From NCBI GenBank assembly GCA_049322215.1, contig JBMORU010000001.1:580023-644022 (forward strand): a stretch of 64,000 bases of DNA, in the 5' to 3' direction. Numbering within the stretch: position 1 is the stretch's first letter; the number at the start of each line of letters is the position of its first letter. The notes beneath the pieces were generated by a model. It did not search any database. It was not told the DNA's origin and saw only the letters and a program-made list of their open reading frames with translations. Shown here in pieces: positions 58,095 through 64,000 of the stretch. Made by a program: the position numbers and the translations under genes. The stretch comes from Patescibacteria group bacterium (GTDB lineage Bacteria; Patescibacteriota; WWE3; UBA101185; UBA10185).

Positions 58095-58250
58095 ATGGTA
58101 AAAAACGGTAATACTAAAAATGGGGCAGCACCAGATAAAAAAAATCACAAGAGTCAAAAGCGGGTTAAAAAGGTGACACCTGTGCCTCACACGCACTGGA
58201 CTGACTGGTTTAAACAGTACCATCGTGAGAGACAACGTTTGCCCAGGTAG
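58095..58250 (+). CDS. Unlisted small basic protein (51 aa), convergent with lexA
   Basis: Strong SD ttaaggagagaaaATG. Product MVKNGNTKNGAAPDKKNHKSQKRVKKVTPVPHTHWTDWFKQYHRERQRLPR. It was preferred over the antisense 58077..58289 ORF, which has no SD. Confidence 0.35.
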   Translation: MVKNGNTKNGAAPDKKNHKSQKRVKKVTPVPHTHWTDWFKQYHRERQRLPR

Positions 58251-58253
58251 TTC

Positions 58254-58301
58254 ACAAAAAAAAAGTGCTAGCTTTGGTCGCCCCGGCAAAAACTAGCACT
58301 T
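58254..58301 (-). terminator. Intrinsic terminator of lexA (bidirectional hairpin)
   Basis: AAGTGCTAG...CTAGCACTT stem with an inner GCC/GGC helix. On the minus strand it is followed by a 9-nt U-run. Confidence 0.65.
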
Positions 58302-58315
58302 CCTTTATATTTTAA

Positions 58316-58939
58316 TTAGTATTTTCTTATTACGCCTGTTACTTTTCCTTGTATTTGCAAATCTCCTGGATTTACATAAATAGGATCCATATTTTGATTA
58401 GCGGGTTGTAAGCGTACTCTATCTTTTTCTTTATAAAATGTTTTTAGTGTTGCAAAATTATTATCAATTAGAGCTACAATAATATCTCCATTGTTTGCTG
58501 TTTCTTGCTTTTGTATTACTACGTAGTCTCCATCATGAATGCCTTCTTCAATCATGGAGTCACCACGAACTTGTAGTACATAACATCGCTTAACTCGTGA
58601 AACTAAATCAGGAGAAACCACAATAGTTTGAGTGCTGTCTTCGATAGCATCAATAGGTTCACCTGCTGCAATGAAACCTACTAATGGAAGCTCTATTCCT
58701 TGTAGGGTTGCATTTACTTTTTCATCTAAAATTTCTATTCCCCTAACAGCTCCTTCAAATCTCTTTATAACACCTTTTTTAACTAGTGCTTGCAAATGTT
58801 CGTGCACTGTAGCTAATGATGATAAGCTCATTGCGTCTGCAATTTCTTGCAATGTAGGAGAGGATCCATTTTTTTGAATATATTGGGAAATAAAGTCTAG
58901 AATTTCTTTTTGACGTTTATATAAAGTAACTGCACACAT
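58316..58939 (-). CDS. lexA: LexA repressor (SOS regulator, S24 self-cleaving peptidase)
   Basis: N-terminal winged HTH (RQKEILDFISQYIQKNGSSPTLQEIA). C-terminal LQVRGDSMIEEGI (Ser nucleophile) and the Lys in GKVTGVIRKY. Confidence 0.85.
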   Translation of the reverse strand: MCAVTLYKRQKEILDFISQYIQKNGSSPTLQEIADAMSLSSLATVHEHLQALVKKGVIKRFEGAVRGIEILDEKVNATLQGIELPLVGFIAAGEPIDAIEDSTQTIVVSPDLVSRVKRCYVLQVRGDSMIEEGIHDGDYVVIQKQETANNGDIIVALIDNNFATLKTFYKEKDRVRLQPANQNMDPIYVNPGDLQIQGKVTGVIRKY

Positions 58940-58983
58940 AGAAGACCTTTCTAAATAATTTTGGGTTTCTTTTGGTAAAATAA

Positions 58984-59012
58984 ATATACCGAAGAGTTAC
59001 CGAAGATGTCAA
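58984..59012 (-). promoter_or_regulatory. lexA promoter with two TTCGGTA direct repeats filling the -35/-10 spacer (candidate SOS operator)
   Basis: Read on the minus strand: TTGACA - TCTTCGGTAACTCTTCG (17 nt) - GTATAT. Confidence 0.55.
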
Positions 59013-59082
59013 CTGCCTAATTAATTTGCTACAATTTTAAAGTTATTGAATACCCGAATATACGCAAAGTAAGGAGATAAAT

Positions 59083-59355
59083 ATGCCAGAGAAGAAATTT
59101 GTGCGAAAACCAGAAGGTAAAAATGAGGTAAAAGGAAAAGTTATAAAGGCGAGTGGAAGACATTTTACGGTTGAAGTTCCAGGGGAAAAAAAGCCTTTGA
59201 TTTGGGCCAATGCTTTTTATGACAGTCATAAAGGTTGTTGGTGGGGTATGGTGAATGATTCAACTGTTTGTTGGTGGGAAGGAAACTATAATGTTGACTT
59301 AAAACCAGCTGTGCACGTGCCTAACATACCTGGTCGTGGCATTTTAGGAGGTTAA
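59083..59355 (+). CDS. Small protein, family B paralogue 1 (WWG-motif protein, unknown function)
   Basis: 90 aa with SD gtaaggagataaatATG. It shares SG..F.V...K....A.YD...G.WWG..N..T.C.W with the next ORF. Confidence 0.5.
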   Translation: MPEKKFVRKPEGKNEVKGKVIKASGRHFTVEVPGEKKPLIWANAFYDSHKGCWWGMVNDSTVCWWEGNYNVDLKPAVHVPNIPGRGILGG

Positions 59356-59365
59356 AGGAGAAACA

Positions 59366-59632
59366 ATGTCGGAAGATGGTTTTATTGCAGGAGTACCGGA
59401 GTCTGTTGTAAAGATTCGCGCAAGTGTTGTATCCAGGTCTGGTGAGAGAGCGTTTAAGGTTCGTTTAAAATCAGAAGGAAAAGCTGAGGTAAATGTTGAA
59501 TATGCATGCTATGACGTGAAACGTGGTCGTTGGTGGGGAAAGATAAACGCAAAAACTATTTGTTATTGGCGAGCGCAACCACCAAATGGGATTAAGTTGG
59601 GCAAACGCATACTTTCTTGGCTTCCAGTTTAA
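59366..59632 (+). CDS. Small protein, family B paralogue 2 (WWG-motif protein)
   Basis: 88 aa with SD aggaggttaaaggagaaacaATG. Tandem paralogue of 59083..59355. Confidence 0.5.
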   Translation: MSEDGFIAGVPESVVKIRASVVSRSGERAFKVRLKSEGKAEVNVEYACYDVKRGRWWGKINAKTICYWRAQPPNGIKLGKRILSWLPV

Positions 59633-59642
59633 TAGAAATTTA

Positions 59643-59690
59643 AGGGGATAAATAAAGCAATTTTGTTTTATTAATCCCCATTTTTATTTG
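59643..59690 (+). terminator. Rho-independent terminator after the family B pair
   Basis: GGGGATAAATAAA...TTTATTAATCCCC stem of about 13 bp with one mismatch, followed by ATTTTTATTT. Confidence 0.65.
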
Positions 59691-59740
59691 TGCTAATACA
59701 ACTCCAAACAAAACCCAAAACTTATGTTAAAATTTAATTT

Positions 59741-61819
59741 ATGTTTGACCTTCACGCATCTTATAAACCTACTGGTGATCAACCTAAAGCCATAGAGCAG
59801 CTTACTGAATGGGTTAACAATAACAGCCGGAATCAGGTTTTACTTGGTGTTACGGGTAGTGGAAAAACCTTTACAATAGCTAACGTAATTAAAAATACTA
59901 ATAGACCAACACTTATTATTTCTCATAACAAAACATTAGCTGCTCAACTTTATCAAGAATTCAGAGATTTTTTTCCAAACAATGCAGTTGAATACTTTGT
60001 GAGTTATTACGATTATTATCAACCAGAAAGTTATTTGCCTCAAACAGATACATATATAGAAAAAGATGCTGATATAAATGAGGAAATAGAAAAACTGCGT
60101 TTAGCAGCTACTACTTCTTTAATGAGTAGAAAAGATGTAATAGTGGTTTCTTCAGTTTCATGTATTTACAATTTGGGTTCACCGGCTGAGTACTCGAATT
60201 TTGCTGTAAGACTAAGTAAAGGCATGAAGATTCGGTTGCAAGACTTGTTAACACGTCTTACTCAAGTTCACTATGAAAGAAACGAATTTGATTTTGTAAG
60301 AGGTAGTTATCGCGTTAGAGGTGAAATTGTAGATGTATTTCCTGCATACCAGGATTTTGGTGTGCGCTTAGAGGTGTTTAATGATACTCTTGTCGACATT
60401 TCTTATTTTGATCCTTTAACAGGAGAGGTTATTAACTTTAGTAACTTGCCTAAAACAAGATTAGGCGGGCGTATCAGAGAAATTACACAAAATGAGGGTG
60501 AATACATAAAACACTTAATACAAAATAGTCTTGTAGAAATTTATCCTGCAAAACACTACATAACTGCAGAAGAACGTCGTCCGGCTGCAATTAAGCAAAT
60601 AGAAGCTGATTTAGAAGAACACCTAAAGTTTTTAAGAAACACTGGTAAAACTATAGAAGCCTACCGTTTAGAGCAACGAACTCGCTATGATTTAGAAATG
60701 GTGCAAGAAATAGGTTACTGCAAAGGAATTGAAAACTATTCACGTTATTTTGATGGGCGAAAGCCTGGAGGTACACCATATACATTAATGGACTTTTTCC
60801 CTAAAAATTATTTAGTGGTAATTGATGAGTCTCATATTACTGTTCCGCAAATTAGGGGAATGTTTAACGGTGACCAAGCGCGTAAAAGAGTTTTAATTGA
60901 GCATGGATTTAGATTACCTTCTGCATTGGATAATCGTCCCTTAAATTTTGAAGAATTTATGCGTAATTTGAATCAGGGTTTGTACACGAGTGCTACTCCT
61001 GGAGATTGGGAATTAAGTATGGCTGAGGGTAAAATTGCTGAACAGTTAATTAGGCCAACAGGAATTGTAGATCCTGAAGTCATTGTTTTACCCACAAAAA
61101 ATCAAATTACAGATTTAACAGAAAAAATACGAGCTCGTGTGAAAAATAAAGAACGTGTTTTAGTTACTACTTTAACAAAAAGAATGGCTGAAGAATTGTC
61201 TACATACTTGCTTGAACAGGGCATAAAAGTTACTTACTTGCATTCAGATATTATCACGCTCGAACGAACTGCAATTTTAGATGATTTACGTAGAGGTAAT
61301 TATGATGTACTTGTTGGAATTAATTTATTAAGAGAAGGATTAGATTTACCTGAAGTTTCTTTAGTAGCTATTTTAGATGCAGATAAAGAAGGCTTTTTGA
61401 GATCAGATACCTCATTAATTCAAACAATGGGTAGAGCGGCACGCCACATTCAAGGTGAAGTTGTAATGTATGCTGATAATATTACTAAAAGTATGGAACG
61501 TGCCATTGAAGAAGTAAGTCGTCGTAGAGAAATTCAACGAGAATATAATATTGCACATAATATTGTTCCTCAAAAAATTACAAAGCCTATAAGAGAAAAA
61601 TTAATTGATGAGGAAATAGAAGAAAGTATCAGTGGAAAAGACAAAAGGAAATCAAAGTTTAAAGATGTAGATTACATGTCACTTTCTCCCAATGACTTTA
61701 AAAAAGAGCTAAAACGCCTTACTGAATTAATGAAGTATGAAGCAGAAATGCTTAATTTTGAAAAAGCAGCCGTTATTAGAGATCAAATACGTAAAATCAA
61801 AAAGATCCGAGAGGAGTAA
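59741..61819 (+). CDS. uvrB: Excinuclease ABC subunit B
   Basis: Walker [16 protein letters not shown], helicase motifs, the beta-hairpin region and a C-terminal UVR domain ([13 protein letters not shown]). Confidence 0.9.
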   Translation: MFDLHASYKPTGDQPKAIEQLTEWVNNNSRNQVLLGVTGSGKTFTIANVIKNTNRPTLIISHNKTLAAQLYQEFRDFFPNNAVEYFVSYYDYYQPESYLPQTDTYIEKDADINEEIEKLRLAATTSLMSRKDVIVVSSVSCIYNLGSPAEYSNFAVRLSKGMKIRLQDLLTRLTQVHYERNEFDFVRGSYRVRGEIVDVFPAYQDFGVRLEVFNDTLVDISYFDPLTGEVINFSNLPKTRLGGRIREITQNEGEYIKHLIQNSLVEIYPAKHYITAEERRPAAIKQIEADLEEHLKFLRNTGKTIEAYRLEQRTRYDLEMVQEIGYCKGIENYSRYFDGRKPGGTPYTLMDFFPKNYLVVIDESHITVPQIRGMFNGDQARKRVLIEHGFRLPSALDNRPLNFEEFMRNLNQGLYTSATPGDWELSMAEGKIAEQLIRPTGIVDPEVIVLPTKNQITDLTEKIRARVKNKERVLVTTLTKRMAEELSTYLLEQGIKVTYLHSDIITLERTAILDDLRRGNYDVLVGINLLREGLDLPEVSLVAILDADKEGFLRSDTSLIQTMGRAARHIQGEVVMYADNITKSMERAIEEVSRRREIQREYNIAHNIVPQKITKPIREKLIDEEIEESISGKDKRKSKFKDVDYMSLSPNDFKKELKRLTELMKYEAEMLNFEKAAVIRDQIRKIKKIREE

Positions 61820-61828
61820 CTTATAGTA

Positions 61829-61857
61829 TTGACAGAATGGTGTGTATAGTGTAGTAT
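61829..61857 (+). promoter_or_regulatory. Sigma-70-type promoter driving the downstream non-coding RNA
   Basis: TTGACA - 17 nt - TAGTAT, immediately after the uvrB stop. Confidence 0.6.
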
Positions 61858-61863
61858 TTCACC

Positions 61864-62125
61864 ACAACGTTGGTGCTGTGTTCTTTATTTAATAAAGAAT
61901 TTAGATGATTGTTCATGCATGTCAGTTGAGCTTTCTGTTCAATGGTTTCCGGAAAAACTTAAGCAGCGTATGAGTCTGATTCGATTGGTTTTACCAGCAG
62001 CGCGCAGTGAGGGAAGGAACAGACCAACATATCTGAAGTGCTTTAAAGCTACTTTTTAAATATTCAATTCCGGTGAATGGCTAAAAAGTTTTCCTAGCAA
62101 AGTTCGAATCTTTGCCAACGTCTTA
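61864..62125 (+). ncRNA. Structured non-coding RNA of about 260 nt with a split tRNA-like domain; candidate tmRNA (ssrA)
   Basis: No ORF on either strand. The 5' ACGUUGG (61867..61873) pairs with the 3' CCAACGU (62115..62121). A perfect T-arm CAAAG-UUCGAAU-CUUUG (62098..62114) and a discriminator C lie directly upstream of the 3' strand. There is no D or anticodon arm, so it is tRNA-like only at the ends, as in tmRNA. It is bounded by a promoter and a strong terminator. Confidence 0.4.
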
Positions 62126-62127
62126 AC

Positions 62128-62182
62128 GGAGTTTCAATTAACACGTAAGTATTTACTGTGTTTTTGAAACTCCTTTTTTTTT
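62128..62182 (+). terminator. Rho-independent terminator of the non-coding RNA
   Basis: GGAGTTTCAA...TTGAAACTCC 10-bp stem followed by T9. Confidence 0.8.
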
Positions 62183-62551
62183 GCTTAACATACTTTAGCA
62201 TCTTGACGATTTCCCTTTAAGGAAAATATAATCAAGTTAGTTAGGAGCCAGGGCTTTGCGCCGAATAGCTCGATACAAATTCGCTTTATCACGTTTTCGG
62301 TTACTATAACAAATGCTTATAAATAGTTCGGATTAAGTTCCGTTTTGTTGCATTGTATTTAAAAGTTCATATTGATGTTAAAAAGTGTAGTTAGTAGTTT
62401 AAAAAAACTAATACTGCTCGTGCTATTTGAGATTGTTGATTTTTTGGTTTGGTTGGGCAATAAAATCCTCTTTGCAGTAGGGGGTTTAATTAGGCATGTT
62501 CGGGATTTTCCCATTTATGTAAAACGCATTCCATTAAGTAAGTTAAGTAAT

Positions 62552-64000
62552 TTGCCAAAAACAAAGAACTTCAAATTGAAGTTTAAAGCTGTCCCTCTCA
62601 AAATAAAATTAAAAAATTCTGCAAAGAAAAAAAGATCAATTAAAAAAAGAAAAGATAAACGTGAAATAAAATTGGTTCCTAGGTTTTTTAAAAGCTTTTC
62701 TGTGTTTACTTCAGGTATGTTTTTTACTTTGGTTTTTGTTTGGTTTCCTTTTGAAGCTTACACTTGGTATTCGTCCTTACCTCAGCCTAGTCTTTTGTTA
62801 GAAACTGAACACAATAAGTCCACAAAAATTTTGGACAGAAATGGAAAACTTTTATATGAAATATATGTTGACAAAAAATACGATCCAGTTCCTTTAAATG
62901 AAATACCTGACTATGTTGTTAATGCCACTTTGGCAATAGAAGATGATGCTTTTTACTTCCATAAAGGAGTTAGACCTTTAAGTATGCTAAGAGCAGCAAA
63001 GGCCATAGTGCTAGATGATCACTTACAAGGTGGTTCTACAATTACACAGCAACTAGTTAAAAATGTGTTGTTATCTCCTGAGCGTACTTTTCAAAGAAAG
63101 CTGAAAGAAGGAGTATTAGCATTAAGAGTTGAACACACATTTACAAAAAATGAAATTCTTGAAATGTATCTAAACAATATTCCCTATGGTGGAACTGCCT
63201 GGGGAATTCAGGCTGCTTCTAAAAAATTTTTCAACAAAAAAGTTCAAGATTTATCTTTGGCTGAAGCAGCGTATTTGGTTATACTTCCTTCTGCTCCAAC
63301 TACCTATTCTCCATATGATGGTGATAAAGATCTTGCCAAAAGTAAACAACACTTTGTTTTAGATAAAATGCACGAGTTAGGTTACATAAGCAAGGCCGAA
63401 GCTGACTTAGCAAAAAATGAAGAGTTAGTTTTTGCTACACCGGTAGAGTATATAAGGGCGCCTCATTTTGTCAGTTATATAAGAAGTGAGTTAGTAAAAT
63501 TGTATGGAGAACGCATGGTAGATTTTGGTGGCTTAACTGTAACTACTTCTTTAAACATTGATTTGCAAGATAAGGTTCAGGAAATTGTAGCTGAAGAAGT
63601 TGCTAAAAGTAATGACCTAAATATAACTAATGGTGCGGCAGTGGTTTTAGATAGCGAAAATGGAGAAATTCTTGCACACGTAGGCTCAATAAATTACTTT
63701 GATAAAGAACACGATGGTGCATTTGATGTTGTAACTGCCTATAGATCTCCCGGGTCTACAATAAAAGCAGTTACCTATGCACTTGCTTTAGATAGTGGTT
63801 TAACGCCTGTCACTCAAATAAATGATTCTCCATTTACAGTTCAGGCATACGGGCAAACTTACTCCCCGGTAAATTATGATGGAAAATTTCATGGGCGGGT
63901 TTCGTTAAGAACTGCCCTTGCAAATTCTTATAATATTCCTGCAGTTAAGTTAGTAAAAGCTTTGGGTCCGGATAAAATGGTTGCACTTGGAAAAAGCATG
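62552..64000 (+). CDS. Class A penicillin-binding protein (PBP1A-type, GT51 transglycosylase plus transpeptidase); 3' end beyond the window and the start uncertain
   Basis: GT51 motifs EDDAFYFHKGV, GGSTITQQLVKN and RKLKE. Transpeptidase motifs STIK and SYN. The frame is open from 62399 with no in-frame ATG before the TM segment, so a TTG start at 62552 is assumed (GTG 62420 and TTG 62576 are alternatives). It is not in the ORF track because there is no stop in the window. Confidence 0.7.
   Translation, partial: MPKTKNFKLKFKAVPLKIKLKNSAKKKRSIKKRKDKREIKLVPRFFKSFSVFTSGMFFTLVFVWFPFEAYTWYSSLPQPSLLLETEHNKSTKILDRNGKLLYEIYVDKKYDPVPLNEIPDYVVNATLAIEDDAFYFHKGVRPLSMLRAAKAIVLDDHLQGGSTITQQLVKNVLLSPERTFQRKLKEGVLALRVEHTFTKNEILEMYLNNIPYGGTAWGIQAASKKFFNKKVQDLSLAEAAYLVILPSAPTTYSPYDGDKDLAKSKQHFVLDKMHELGYISKAEADLAKNEELVFATPVEYIRAPHFVSYIRSELVKLYGERMVDFGGLTVTTSLNIDLQDKVQEIVAEEVAKSNDLNITNGAAVVLDSENGEILAHVGSINYFDKEHDGAFDVVTAYRSPGSTIKAVTYALALDSGLTPVTQINDSPFTVQAYGQTYSPVNYDGKFHGRVSLRTALANSYNIPAVKLVKALGPDKMVALGKSM

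Noticed and set aside
58077-58289. 70-aa minus-strand ORF between ppsA and lexA
   Set aside because: It has no SD and a hydrophobic, low-complexity product. The plus-strand 51-aa ORF in the same place has a perfect SD, so I called that one instead, at low confidence.
58940-59082. Canonical SOS boxes (Cheo box CGAAC-N4-GTTCG or CTGT-N8-ACAG) near lexA, the Y-family polymerase, uvrB and recO
   Set aside because: I searched by eye in all four upstream regions and found none. This is why the TTCGG direct repeats were promoted instead.
61918-61975. SRP RNA (helix 8-like GUCAG...CCGGAA...AAGCAGC)
   Set aside because: The segment between GUCAG and CCGGAA carries a 20-nt insertion, and CCGGAA cannot close a GNRA-type tetraloop on a proper stem. 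I kept it only as an alternative to be tested with covariance models.
61867-62122. A canonical tRNA gene, or a tRNA gene interrupted by a ~220-nt intron
   Set aside because: Only the acceptor and T-arm are tRNA-like. No D-arm or anticodon arm can be folded next to either half, which fits a tmRNA-type tRNA-like domain better than an intron-containing tRNA.
1-64000. CRISPR arrays, transposases, integrases, phage genes, rRNA
   Set aside because: No regularly spaced direct repeats with unique spacers, no DDE/tyrosine recombinase motifs and no rRNA-like conserved stretches were seen. The only acquisition signature is the compositional one at 23023..23844.

Overview
This is an AT-rich, compact bacterial window with many 4-nt gene overlaps and strong AGGAG-type ribosome-binding sites. 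No rRNA, canonical tRNA, CRISPR array, transposase or integrase is visible. Coordinates 3657..38942 form one very large cell-surface glycan locus. It carries a B12-binding radical SAM enzyme, five paralogous SAM methyltransferases, an oppositely oriented sulfotransferase, one GT2 and eight GT4 glycosyltransferases, and GmhA plus an HddA-like heptose kinase. It also carries a Wzx-type flippase, an initiating phosphoglycosyl transferase, three GT-C-like or Wzy-like polymerase-type membrane proteins (two of them large fusions), and a GC-rich stand-alone insert gene. The rest is housekeeping: a partial M23 peptidase, recO, a YolD-like gene overlapping a Y-family polymerase, glyQS behind a T-box-like motif, a short Rel/SpoT homologue, mraZ-rsmH-ftsL-ftsI, yraN, an LCP ligase, a REC-only response regulator with a histidine kinase, a phosphohexomutase, PEP synthase, lexA, uvrB and a partial class A PBP. 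The most interesting signals are regulatory. A TTCGG-N6-TTCGG direct repeat fills the 17-nt spacer of near-consensus promoters at both lexA and the yolD-like/polymerase operon, and each of those promoters is divergently flanked by a tandem pair of small paralogous genes. There is also a promoter-to-terminator non-coding RNA of about 260 nt whose ends fold into a tRNA-like acceptor and T-arm, which fits a tmRNA candidate. Helically phased ATGGTG repeats sit upstream of mraZ.
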